This document shows positions 10,346 to 19,214 of a stretch of 64,000 nucleotides of DNA, piece by piece (within the stretch, counting starts at the first letter, position 1; each line of letters opens with the position of its first letter). Origin of the DNA: a virus (taxonomy: Duplodnaviria > Caudoviricetes). The stretch is taken from the IMG/VR virus record IMGVR_UViG_3300025121_000013, one strand, 5' to 3'. The position numbers were made by a program, and so were the translations under genes. Below the pieces are notes generated by a model. The model had not been told where the DNA came from. It searched no databases and was given only the letters and a program-made list of their open reading frames with translations.

Positions 10346-10933
10346 ATGAAAAAAGAGATGCCTCCAGAATATTATGATAAGGTATATAAAAATCCTAAGC
10401 ATTTAAAAAATATTGAAGAAAGTGGATATTATGAATTGTATAAAAAAGCTGTTGACTCTATTCCAACAATTTGTTCAGAACGAATAATTTTAGATGTTGG
10501 TTGTGGCACTGGAAAAATAGCAAGTCTAATAAAGAAAAAAGGATTTAAGAAATACACAGGAATTGATTTCTCTAAAACTGCAATTAACATAGCTAAAAAA
10601 ATGTATCCAGAATTTAATTTTGAGAACATAGATCTTTTTGAATTTCATAAAAAGAATGGTTTTGAAAATTATAACACTTTCATTTTATTGGAAACATTAG
10701 AACACATTCAAGATGACATAAAGGTATTAAGTCTAATTCCAAAAAATTCTGTCATAATTATTTCAGTTCCTAATTCTAATTTTGAATCTCATGTTAGATT
10801 TTTTAAAACAATTGAAGAAGTTCTAGATCGTTATAAAAATATTTTTGATAATAGATATATTCAAAGATACACAATAGAAAATCCAAAAAAGCCAGGAAAA
10901 AAAATCTTTTTAATTTCTGGATTTAAAAGTTAG
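10346..10933 (+). CDS. class I SAM-dependent methyltransferase
   Basis: ILDVGCGTG, GIDFS, LETLEHIQDD, IISVPN. Confidence 0.85.
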   Translation: MKKEMPPEYYDKVYKNPKHLKNIEESGYYELYKKAVDSIPTICSERIILDVGCGTGKIASLIKKKGFKKYTGIDFSKTAINIAKKMYPEFNFENIDLFEFHKKNGFENYNTFILLETLEHIQDDIKVLSLIPKNSVIIISVPNSNFESHVRFFKTIEEVLDRYKNIFDNRYIQRYTIENPKKPGKKIFLISGFKS

Positions 10934-10945
10934 GAAAACTTAAAA

Positions 10946-11632
10946 ATGTCATATCCCGAACATCCAGATACAATAATTATTAAAAATAAATATTATCCAA
11001 AAGGTTTAACTGAGATAGATATTTGGAATTATTATCAAAAAGAAAAAGTGAACTTATTACAAGAATTAAGTAGACATAGGGCTATGATTTTTTTAGCTAC
11101 AAATGAAAATGAATTTATAGTTAAGAGAAAATTGAATAATGATTATATAAAATTTTCATCTTCGAATTATGATAAAATTATGTCTGGAAGAACCGTCTCA
11201 ATTCATACGACTATGGAAACACATGAGAATTTTTGCATTGTCGATATTGACACCGAAAATTGGACAATGGCAAAATACGCAGCGATAAAAACATATGAAA
11301 CATTAACAGATGCGTCATTTTTTCAAAAGGTTGAAATTAGGTACACAGGAAAAAATAGTTTTCATTTAGTTGGATATTTAGCAAGAAAAATAAATATCGA
11401 TTCATCAAGATATTTATTAGAACATTATTTGAAAAATAGTGATTTAAAAAAAGAATTTACAATAAGTCATAAAAGAACAAAAGATATTGTAAATTTAGAT
11501 CTATGGGCATCAAATAAATATAATGGAAATTTTATAACTTTAAATAGTTTATCTGTTTGGGGTTTAAAATGTATGAGAGTTGAATATAATGAAATTAAAA
11601 ACTTTGAACCCATGAAGGCCACAATAAAATGA
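10946..11632 (+). CDS. stand-alone LigD-type primase-polymerase (AEP) domain protein
   Basis: IWNYY N-terminus, IVDID (motif I), YTGKNSFH (motif II SG/TG-x-x-x-x-H). Confidence 0.65.
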   Translation: MSYPEHPDTIIIKNKYYPKGLTEIDIWNYYQKEKVNLLQELSRHRAMIFLATNENEFIVKRKLNNDYIKFSSSNYDKIMSGRTVSIHTTMETHENFCIVDIDTENWTMAKYAAIKTYETLTDASFFQKVEIRYTGKNSFHLVGYLARKINIDSSRYLLEHYLKNSDLKKEFTISHKRTKDIVNLDLWASNKYNGNFITLNSLSVWGLKCMRVEYNEIKNFEPMKATIK

Positions 11633-12654
11633 GAAAAAAAATATTTTGGATGTTTAGAACCGATTTGAAGAATTTAGAATACTACCATAAGTATACCAAT
11701 CAATTGGATTTTTTTAGAAATTGTCATGACTTTTATTTGATGATGCCTTTTTATTTTTATCAAGAAGGAATTTTCGATGAAGTCATCATTTGGAGATTAA
11801 CTGATAAACCAAAAGAGTCTATAATTTTTGAATTTGATAATCGAAGATATATTCAAAAATGGGTTAAGTCTTTTGATGAATGTTTTAAAGAAAAAGAAAA
11901 ACCTGATATAAGTTTTTTTAGAGGAGGATTTAAATCATATTGTGAAATTACAAAAAAGAATCCTAAATTCTTTGGATTAAAATTATATCTAGGATCTTCA
12001 AAAAGAGTCAACCCTGTATATGGGGGAATTTATGACTATATTTTAGTCGAGGATAATTCTGAATTATCAAGTCCTAAACATTTACCATTTTTTAAAACAG
12101 CAAGCCCTGATGTATTTTATCCTATTAAAAATAAAGAATTAAAATACGATATTTGTTGGCCATGTAATTTTACACAAATCGGATATAAAGGACAAGAATA
12201 TTTTATTCAAAAAATTTCAAATTCAAAATATTTAAAAACATTACAAATTGTTCATTGTGGAAATAAACCAGAATTGGGAAAACAACTTTGTAAAAAATAT
12301 AACGTTAATAATATTGAATTTATTGGATCTATAGATAGAAGAACTATGAATGAATTATTGAATAAATCTAAATTAGGATTGGTTACTTCAAATAAGCAAG
12401 ATGGATGTCCAAGAGTTTTAACAGAAGTTCTTATGGCTGGAACACCTTTGCTTGTTAGAGACACAACAAGATTTCTAAATTTTTACAAAAAAATAAAAGG
12501 GGTTTTTATATTCGATGAAAATAATCTTGAAAAGATAATTTTTAAAGCCATAAAAAATTTAGATATTTTAAAACAAAATTTATCAAATGAAGTTCAAGAT
12601 GGAAATCTCAATTTTATAAAAATTTGCAAAAAAAATTTAGAATTATGGAAATAA
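11629..12654 (+). CDS. GT4 family glycosyltransferase
   Basis: DGCPRVLTEVLMAGTP signature. Confidence 0.75.
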   Translation: MRKKIFWMFRTDLKNLEYYHKYTNQLDFFRNCHDFYLMMPFYFYQEGIFDEVIIWRLTDKPKESIIFEFDNRRYIQKWVKSFDECFKEKEKPDISFFRGGFKSYCEITKKNPKFFGLKLYLGSSKRVNPVYGGIYDYILVEDNSELSSPKHLPFFKTASPDVFYPIKNKELKYDICWPCNFTQIGYKGQEYFIQKISNSKYLKTLQIVHCGNKPELGKQLCKKYNVNNIEFIGSIDRRTMNELLNKSKLGLVTSNKQDGCPRVLTEVLMAGTPLLVRDTTRFLNFYKKIKGVFIFDENNLEKIIFKAIKNLDILKQNLSNEVQDGNLNFIKICKKNLELWK

Positions 12655-12667
12655 ATAAAAATGTTTA

Positions 12668-12709
12668 TTCGCCAATGGGGTCCGGTTAGACATAGACCCC
12701 ATTGGCGAA
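12668..12709. terminator. perfect 15-bp inverted repeat between convergent genes
   Basis: TTCGCCAATGGGGTC (12668-12682) / GACCCCATTGGCGAA (12695-12709). Confidence 0.7.
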
Positions 12710-12716
12710 AGATTTC

Positions 12717-13898
12717 TTAGTCAATAACCTCATACAAAAATGTCGTGCCTGCAATGAGTTTTCGGTTATTTGAAGTTGACTGAATAAATACCCTCCAATT
12801 TGATAGTTCAATATTTGGAAGTCTTTCAGTTATCCCTCCACTTGCCGTTTGAGGTTTAAGGCCTAAAATAAGTCGAGCTTCTTTTCCACCAAAAAATTCT
12901 CCTGTCCTTTTATCCATTAAAATGATTTCTTTGTATTGCTGTACTTTAACTGACTTTGAGAGTTCATAAAAACCTCTACCTTTTTGAAAAGGAATTCCTT
13001 GAGACGAAACAAACGTTTTTATATCAATGGTTGAATCGACAGGAATAACTTGAAATCTTCCTGAAGGAATAATTTCAAGACCTTCAGGGAGATTTTTAAA
13101 TTCTCCTGATTTTTTCGTTACCCTTCGAATATCTCTATATGATGTTCTTTTCGGTTTTTCAAAATATGGATCTTCATATTCAAAATCATACTCGGAATAA
13201 TCTTTTTCAATTGAAATTCCTCTGAGGGCATCAAATGATTTTTTAAGAGAAACTGTCATAAAACCTGATCTTTCAATTTCATCATTGAATTGATTTAATG
13301 AATTATTTTGATTATAACAGACTCCCATAATTAAATTCATAATGTCAGAAAATTGTTCAAGAGTTAAATAGAACCCTCCTGTTTTATTAGCAATTTCCAT
13401 ATAGAATGGTTTTGAGTGTCTTCGAATTCCTGGCATTGCATGAACCCCATAAACTTGAATTCCCATCTCTTTTAAAAGATCTAATTCTTTTCTCCAATCA
13501 ATTTTTTCAGTGTTCATATTATAATGTGGAGGGTGTGGAATATCATCTCCAATGATGACAATCAATTTTTTGCTTCCAGGAGTCCATGAAATTTCAGTTC
13601 TTGCCTGCCTTAGAACTTTTTCATAACATTCGGGACTGTCGCCCCCACCAGTTGGACCAATGTTCATAACAAAGTTTGTAATATTTGTCATATTGTTGCT
13701 CAGATTTAAAAATGTCGTAACATAGGTTCTATTTTTATCACAATAATCTCCATGGGCCAAGACTGAGATTCTTAAATTTGGTATGTCCTTAAAAAGTCTC
13801 TCAATACTTTGTTTAAGAACTCTTCGAACTTGTGATAGACAGGGATACATACTTCCTGTCGTATCAAAACTGAACAAAATCTCGATCAGATCGCTCAT
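12717..13898 (-). CDS. vWA domain protein with C-terminal extension
   Basis: FSFDTTGSM MIDAS motif, GGGDSPECYE, IIGDDIPH. Confidence 0.8.
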   Translation of the reverse strand: MSDLIEILFSFDTTGSMYPCLSQVRRVLKQSIERLFKDIPNLRISVLAHGDYCDKNRTYVTTFLNLSNNMTNITNFVMNIGPTGGGDSPECYEKVLRQARTEISWTPGSKKLIVIIGDDIPHPPHYNMNTEKIDWRKELDLLKEMGIQVYGVHAMPGIRRHSKPFYMEIANKTGGFYLTLEQFSDIMNLIMGVCYNQNNSLNQFNDEIERSGFMTVSLKKSFDALRGISIEKDYSEYDFEYEDPYFEKPKRTSYRDIRRVTKKSGEFKNLPEGLEIIPSGRFQVIPVDSTIDIKTFVSSQGIPFQKGRGFYELSKSVKVQQYKEIILMDKRTGEFFGGKEARLILGLKPQTASGGITERLPNIELSNWRVFIQSTSNNRKLIAGTTFLYEVID

Positions 13899-13972
13899 GG
13901 GGTTTCCTCTGGTTCTTTTTTAGTAGTTTTTTAGAACATTTAGAATTAGATTTAAAAAAAATAAATTTTTGT

Positions 13973-14470
13973 GTTAGGGCCTGGAGCGGTGATGTGTGCA
14001 ATGCCTTCTTGCACGGTTTGGTGTTCCCGCTCCAGGCCCAACCCTTTTCTTTTTGGGCGGTGGGGTAGACCGATGCAACTCACTCGGATTTGTACCCCAC
14101 CGCCCAGGACCCTTTAGACGTCTAAAGAGCCCTTGGTGAAGGAAAGTTTTATGCGGTCTTATGGCAGAGGCCCATGTAAGTGAGTTTGCCGGCCAGCAAG
14201 GTGGTTCCCCCAAGATCTGTTAACTTGGGGGAACCCTTTCCTTCATTCTTTTAATGGGGGAAGGTTTGGATGTGGACTTACAGACTTTCCCCGTGAGGGT
14301 ATTCGCTGTCGCCTTAACATGAAGTCATCAAGATACAAGCGCCTTGACGCACTTCCCTTCCCCCATTTGCTTCGGCCGTTGGGCTCTTGGCAAGTCCAGC
14401 GGCTAATCCCAGGCTGAGGCCGTAGCCCGGGAAAAACCACACAAATTCTACTTCGCCTAATTCCTTCCGT
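13973..14470 (-). ncRNA. candidate structured non-coding region (tandem long hairpins)
   Basis: At least four 12-14 bp perfect stems and a 16-bp palindrome in about 500 nt with no credible ORF; strand inferred from the upstream gene. Confidence 0.35.
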
Positions 14471-14510
14471 GCCCTGCCGGCCTCCAGAAGGTTTCGGACA
14501 TGATAGAATT

Positions 14511-15404
14511 CTACTTCACGGCTTCCTTGATCTTGTCCTTGGCGAAGTCCTGGATCTCGTCGACGTACTTCGTTCCGCTGTCGACCGATCCATCCGCTTT
14601 GAACTTGAGGGTTTTTTCCTGAGCCGGGAAGTCAACCCAGGACTTGAAGGAAGGGGGGCCGCCGAACAGGCCGGAGAGGAGGGTTTTTTCCTCTCCGTAG
14701 ACCATGGGGCCAAACTCCGTTGTCCCAAGGGGAACCACGATTTCATTCCTGTTCTCAACTACCCACCAGGGCTTGCTGATGCCCTGGCTGATCATCCTCT
14801 TGATCAGCCAGGACATGGTTGTCTCGGGACCCAGGACCATGCCGGCAGAGGTGATTGGCGCAATCACTGCTCCCTCCACCAGATCCCGGTATATCGTCCA
14901 CGGGAAGACGACGCTGTCCTGGCCATTCTCCTTGGCCTGGAAAACGAGGCCCTTGAGGATATGGGGATTCTTCATCCCCTCCTCGTTGGTGATCACCTGC
15001 ATCCCATCGACCGTCACGAACCTGAAACCGAGGAACTCCGGATTCTTCACCTCAGCCCGGAGTTCCTCAACAACGTCCTTGGCGAGCTGGTTTTCGCCGG
15101 AGATCGCCTTCAAGGCCAGATACATGTCCTTGGCCCCGGTGAGGCTGTTTCCCACGGAGCTCGCCACGTCCTTCATGCCTTGGGAGCTGAAGCCCCCGAA
15201 GGCCGCGAAGAGAACGATCATTCCCAGGATCATGACCAGGGTGATCTTCATCGTCCGAAGGACCTTTGTGGTTGTTTTCTTGGCCACATGTTTCAGGTAT
15301 TCCTTCGCCTTCTTGTTCTCCGTACCCTTCTCTTCTCCGACTTGGCATCCATCTTCCATTGTGTCCTCGCTTTCATGTAACATTGTTTTGGGTGAATTAC
15401 ACAA
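14511..15404 (-). CDS. GC-rich membrane-anchored hypothetical protein
   Basis: 297 aa ORF, hydrophobic segment ITLVMILGMIVLFAAFGGF, GGAG RBS. Confidence 0.65.
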   Translation of the reverse strand: MCNSPKTMLHESEDTMEDGCQVGEEKGTENKKAKEYLKHVAKKTTTKVLRTMKITLVMILGMIVLFAAFGGFSSQGMKDVASSVGNSLTGAKDMYLALKAISGENQLAKDVVEELRAEVKNPEFLGFRFVTVDGMQVITNEEGMKNPHILKGLVFQAKENGQDSVVFPWTIYRDLVEGAVIAPITSAGMVLGPETTMSWLIKRMISQGISKPWWVVENRNEIVVPLGTTEFGPMVYGEEKTLLSGLFGGPPSFKSWVDFPAQEKTLKFKADGSVDSGTKYVDEIQDFAKDKIKEAVK

Positions 15405-15443
15405 TGAACGCCATTCTTTATCTGGCGTTGGTAAATGAACTTC

Positions 15444-15869
15444 CTATTCGGAAAGAAGGCCTTTTTCTCGGGCCATTCTTAGAATTGCGAGTTGGTTGAT
15501 AAGTCCAGCATCTCTGAATATTTTAATATACTTAACCAAGTCTAAATATATTTCTTCATAAGGTTCAATTTCTTTTTTCATCTTTATACAGTCTTCAATC
15601 CTATGTTTTAATAAGTGCTCGAAAATTGTATATAATTTTTCCCATTTTCCCATAGTAAAAAGCTTGTTTATATTTTCGATTATTTCGGAAAAGAGATGAT
15701 TTGCAAATTCATTATGATTTTGTGCACAGAATATCATAAACAATTTATTAATTGAATCCATGGTTGCATTAGGAAATTTATTGACATCTAATAGCGCAAA
15801 TAATGCATTTCTTTGATCGACTCCCAATTGGTTTATGATATCATTCTGTTCCTTTGTCAGCTCTAACAT
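15444..15869 (-). CDS. hypothetical protein
   Basis: 141 aa ORF with AGGAG RBS. Confidence 0.6.
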   Translation of the reverse strand: MLELTKEQNDIINQLGVDQRNALFALLDVNKFPNATMDSINKLFMIFCAQNHNEFANHLFSEIIENINKLFTMGKWEKLYTIFEHLLKHRIEDCIKMKKEIEPYEEIYLDLVKYIKIFRDAGLINQLAILRMAREKGLLSE

Positions 15870-15880
15870 GTTCTTTCTCC

Positions 15881-16054
15881 TTAAACTATTGGAGTTTCAT
15901 TTTTATCATCATCCTTGGTTATCAATTGAAATATGAGTTCAAAGATTTTTATCAAAATCTCAAGGGAGATTTTTAAAATTAAACCTATTAACGTTACCAT
16001 TGAAGCAAATACGCTTTCAACCACAAAGGCGATTATTTTGAGACATAAATCCAT
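15881..16054 (-). CDS. small hydrophobic protein (57 aa, not in ORF track)
   Basis: Translated by hand: MDLCLKIIAFVVESVFASMVTLIGLILKISLEILIKIFELIFQLITKDDDKNETPIV; TAATG coupling to the upstream gene. Confidence 0.5.
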   Translation of the reverse strand: MDLCLKIIAFVVESVFASMVTLIGLILKISLEILIKIFELIFQLITKDDDKNETPIV

Positions 16055-16302
16055 TATTGACTCAAATCTAAAACTATTTTGTTTTGATATTTAATAATTT
16101 CACAAACCATATTTGGCAAAAGCACATATAATCTAAATGTGTCCAAATGCATCACTATATCTTTTAAATCTGTTTTCAAGAATTTATCTTTTTTTCTTTT
16201 GATTCGAAATTTATCTCCAGGTTTAAGATCTTTTATTGTTATCTCTTTTACAGTACATGATGAACTGTTCATCTTTTTCTCCATGTCTGGGATTGACTCC
16301 AC
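16054..16302 (-). CDS. hypothetical protein
   Basis: ORF track; IKDLKPGDKFRIK beta-rich motif; true start may be a few codons later. Confidence 0.5.
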   Translation of the reverse strand: MESIPDMEKKMNSSSCTVKEITIKDLKPGDKFRIKRKKDKFLKTDLKDIVMHLDTFRLYVLLPNMVCEIIKYQNKIVLDLSQ

Positions 16303-16303
16303 T

Positions 16304-16339
16304 GGGGCCGGATTGATTTCCTAATACCAATCCGGCCCC
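16304..16339. terminator. 12-bp inverted repeat
   Basis: GGGGCCGGATTG / CAATCCGGCCCC. Confidence 0.5.
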
Positions 16340-16581
16340 CTCTGCTTATCTGTTGTTTTCTTCCCATCTCCGGAAGGCGATCAACAGATATCCCGCGTTC
16401 CCACCGAAAGGGCAAGATTCCCATCCCTTCCAGGTTCCAATTCTTTTAAAGGTTGCACATCCCGGCGGGGATGCGTCATTACATTCAACCACCTTGGAAA
16501 AGGGAACTTGAAATCTCCCTAATCCAGCCCCTTGGAGACAGGGATTTTGAATCATTGAAGACTCCATTTGAGGGTTGATAA

Positions 16582-16788
16582 TTACGCAAACATCCATTCG
16601 AAGGGAACTGAGAGGTTTCCCTTCTTCTGATTCTTATTATACCATTTATCTGCTTCTCTCTCCGAGACCACCCTTTCCTCCATGAGGTCACCTTTTTTGT
16701 TTCTCTTGGAAAGGATGAAAGTACTGCTTTTGAGAATGAGTTCTTCAACCGTTTCCTCGGTATGAACGACAGCGATTATATCCGACAT
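16582..16788 (-). CDS. hypothetical protein
   Basis: GAGGA RBS before ATG at 16788. Confidence 0.5.
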   Translation of the reverse strand: MSDIIAVVHTEETVEELILKSSTFILSKRNKKGDLMEERVVSEREADKWYNKNQKKGNLSVPFEWMFA

Positions 16789-16850
16789 TGTTATGTCCTC
16801 TCTGAGGGTTGATATAGGAATGAAAACCACATAAACAACTCATAACTCAT

Positions 16851-16976
16851 TTATTAATATATATAGAAAGTAAAAGAATAAATGAAAAAAAGAAGGTATT
16901 TTTAACCTAAAGAACAAATTAAAAATTTGAATATTTTGGTTAAGAAAAAGTTTTTTAGATAAAGAACAAATTAAAA
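16851..16976. promoter_or_regulatory. divergent promoter region (TTATTAATATATATAG plus two AGAACAAATTAAAAA)
   Basis: The same motif pair recurs at the divergent junctions 23891-23954 and 27902-27997. Confidence 0.55.
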
Positions 16977-17009
16977 AATAGTTTTCCTCAAATCGTGAAA
17001 GGCTAAAAA

Positions 17010-17588
17010 ATGGGAACTGATAGCACATGTGATCTGGTTATTTTGTATAGTGGTGGTGCGGATAGCAGACTTATGATCGAATTTGCTTTAGGTACAAAAA
17101 AGAAACCATTTGGTGTTTTAATTGATTATGGGCAAAAACATATTGAAGAATTGAAATATGCAGAATCTCATTTATCTGAAGGAAATATTCCATATAAGAT
17201 TTTGAAAGTAAATTTAGGAGAAAATATTTCTAGTGGTTTAACTGGAAATTTAGTTTCAGGAAAATATGGAAATGCTCATCCAATGCACGTTCCTGGAAGA
17301 AATACAATCTTTTTGGGTTTGGCCTTATCCGTTGCAGAAAGTATGAATATTAAGACGGTTTGGATTGGGCCGGACTTTTCAGATTATCTAAATTCTTTTC
17401 CAGATTGTTCTCAAGAATTTATTGGACGAATGAATAATGCATCTCAAATTTCTCCATCTTATCCCATCAATATTGAAGCTCCATTATTAGGAATGACTAA
17501 AGAACTAATTAAATCTCTTCTTTCAAATCAATATCAAATTAAAGAAAATACCTATTATTCTGGTTATGAACCTCCAAAGAAAGGCTAG
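17010..17588 (+). CDS. queC: 7-cyano-7-deazaguanine synthase QueC-like, C-terminally short
   Basis: LYSGGADS PP-loop, DYGQKH, VPGRNTIF, FPDCSQEF; no C-terminal Cys4 Zn motif. Confidence 0.85.
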   Translation: MGTDSTCDLVILYSGGADSRLMIEFALGTKKKPFGVLIDYGQKHIEELKYAESHLSEGNIPYKILKVNLGENISSGLTGNLVSGKYGNAHPMHVPGRNTIFLGLALSVAESMNIKTVWIGPDFSDYLNSFPDCSQEFIGRMNNASQISPSYPINIEAPLLGMTKELIKSLLSNQYQIKENTYYSGYEPPKKG

Positions 17589-17595
17589 TTTAAAA

Positions 17596-18786
17596 ATGTG
17601 GAAAACAGAACTATTATTAAATAAAGAATTAACAGAAGAACTATTTAGAATTATTGTAAATATTAAAAATAGAACTTATACAAATCAAGAAAGTCTTGAA
17701 AGAATTGTTGAGGTTTTTAAAAAAGCTTTTGATTCTTTATTTATTAATGAGCCGGTAAAACCAGAAGAAAAATGTTCTTGCTCTAAAGATGATGGATGTT
17801 CTAATTGCGGAGAAAATTCAAATCTTCAAAAAGAAAAAAATGTAATGTTAAAATCAGGAATTTTTAATGATAAAAAAATGTTTAATGGGTTAGGTTTAAC
17901 ATTAAATGAGATTTTTACTATTTATAATGAAATATTAAATTGTACTAAAAGTTCAGAAGTTCAACATGAAATTGACAAATCATGTAAATTTATTATGAAG
18001 TCAATTACTAATCAATTAAATAAAAAAGATGAAAATAAAGATGGTAACGTTGATCATTTAACAGCTTATATTCCGCCATTTGATTCTAAAATCATTGAAG
18101 AAATTAGAAAAGAAAAAACTGATAAGGAACAAATTAAAAATAGTCAGGAAAAAGAAATTAAAATCTGTCATTGTTCTGAAAATGAAAAGTGTGAAGCATG
18201 TAATAATATATTGAATGATCATGATGAAGAAAAAATTGCTTTTTATATGGCTAAGTCTTTTTTGCCCTATGACGTAGTAAAACAATGTTTAAACTTTCTT
18301 CCAGAAATTGAAGATTTCAAAGAATTTCCTCAGCCTTCCGAATCAGAAAAACACCCTTTTAATGTTTCATGTTTAGAAAGCATGAAAAATATTAACAAGG
18401 AACAAATTAAAAAATCTTCAAATGATATGAAAATTAAAAATAGTCAGGGAAAAGATATCAGTATGTATAATACTGGTCTTTCAGCTAAAAGAGAAAATTG
18501 GGCAGCTTTTGCAAAATTAATTGCAAATCAATTTGAACATGGCGGTGAAAAATATGCATTAATCAATGATATGGAACATACAGATTTTGTTTGTCTTTTA
18601 AGTCCAGGAAAAACTGGAGTCGATTGGATTATTCAAACAATTGTAAAATATTGTGGAAGATTCTTGAATCAAAAAAGAGAAAAAGATCTTTTGAAAATTG
18701 CAACGTATTGTTTTTTAGCTTGGATTAAATGTGGGTTTCATTTGAATCAGGATCATGATGAAGATGTAAAGAAGTCAAATAACTAA
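17596..18786 (+). CDS. protein with internal Cys-rich repeats and C-terminal DUF3310-like domain
   Basis: Two C-x-C-x5-C-x2-C clusters; C-terminal TIVKYCGRF...EKDLLKIATYC resembles the DUF3310 (T7 gp1.7-like) KY-x-x-R...EDL-x-KA-x-x-Y pattern. Confidence 0.45.
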   Translation: MWKTELLLNKELTEELFRIIVNIKNRTYTNQESLERIVEVFKKAFDSLFINEPVKPEEKCSCSKDDGCSNCGENSNLQKEKNVMLKSGIFNDKKMFNGLGLTLNEIFTIYNEILNCTKSSEVQHEIDKSCKFIMKSITNQLNKKDENKDGNVDHLTAYIPPFDSKIIEEIRKEKTDKEQIKNSQEKEIKICHCSENEKCEACNNILNDHDEEKIAFYMAKSFLPYDVVKQCLNFLPEIEDFKEFPQPSESEKHPFNVSCLESMKNINKEQIKKSSNDMKIKNSQGKDISMYNTGLSAKRENWAAFAKLIANQFEHGGEKYALINDMEHTDFVCLLSPGKTGVDWIIQTIVKYCGRFLNQKREKDLLKIATYCFLAWIKCGFHLNQDHDEDVKKSNN

Positions 18787-18809
18787 AAGAAAAGGATTTA
18801 AAAAAAGAA

Positions 18810-19157
18810 ATGAAGTTCAATGTTTTCATGACTGGTTTTTCGGCTAAGGAATCTGGAGAAATTATCCAAAAGTATGGCAAGACTCAAAACATCTCTGCGA
18901 TCAATGATATTATGGGAGATGGCGATTATCATATTGAAATGTCCAAGAATAAGATTGAGAATGCAGATTTTCTTTTGGTAGGAAGTTTGAATAAGATGAT
19001 GTCAGGAATGCAGATTTATTTCGCTCGGACTTTGAACAAGCCAGTCGTTTCGGTTGATCCCGACGATTCCGAAGTTTGTAATCTTTGGTTTTTGGATAAC
19101 GTGACAAAGACCGTTGTTTCTGTCGGGGATTTCTTCAAGTATTTGAGTGAGTTTTAA
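18810..19157 (+). CDS. nucleoside 2-deoxyribosyltransferase-like fold protein
   Basis: IENADFLLV...SGMQIYFARTLNKPVVSV resembles the NDT C-terminus, with Gln at the usual Glu position. Confidence 0.35.
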   Translation: MKFNVFMTGFSAKESGEIIQKYGKTQNISAINDIMGDGDYHIEMSKNKIENADFLLVGSLNKMMSGMQIYFARTLNKPVVSVDPDDSEVCNLWFLDNVTKTVVSVGDFFKYLSEF

Positions 19158-19211
19158 TTTTTGGCTTGAATTCTCTGTTGGGGATTTCTTCAAGTATTTG
19201 AGCGAGTTTTA
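19119..19211 (+). repeat. 38-bp direct duplication (2 mismatches) of the 3' end of the upstream gene
   Basis: 19119-19156 vs 19174-19211: TCTGTYGGGGATTTCTTCAAGTATTTGAGYGAGTTTTA. Confidence 0.85.
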
Positions 19212-19214
19212 GAT

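Noticed and set aside
13973-14042. Integron attC-like site (GTT...AAC ends on a hairpin)
   Set aside because: The orientation is the reverse of attC (RYYYAAC...GTTRRRY), and no integrase or cassette array is present.
14444-14517. Twice-repeated AATTCTACTTC resembling a Cas12a repeat; possible mini CRISPR array
   Set aside because: Only 11 nt are shared, there are two copies, the GTAGAT arm is missing, one copy is a gene's stop codon, and no cas genes are present. No CRISPR array was seen anywhere in the window.
14469-15438. Long plus-strand ORFs opposite the 14511..15404 gene
   Set aside because: These are shadow ORFs of GC-rich coding DNA with no RBS or motifs.
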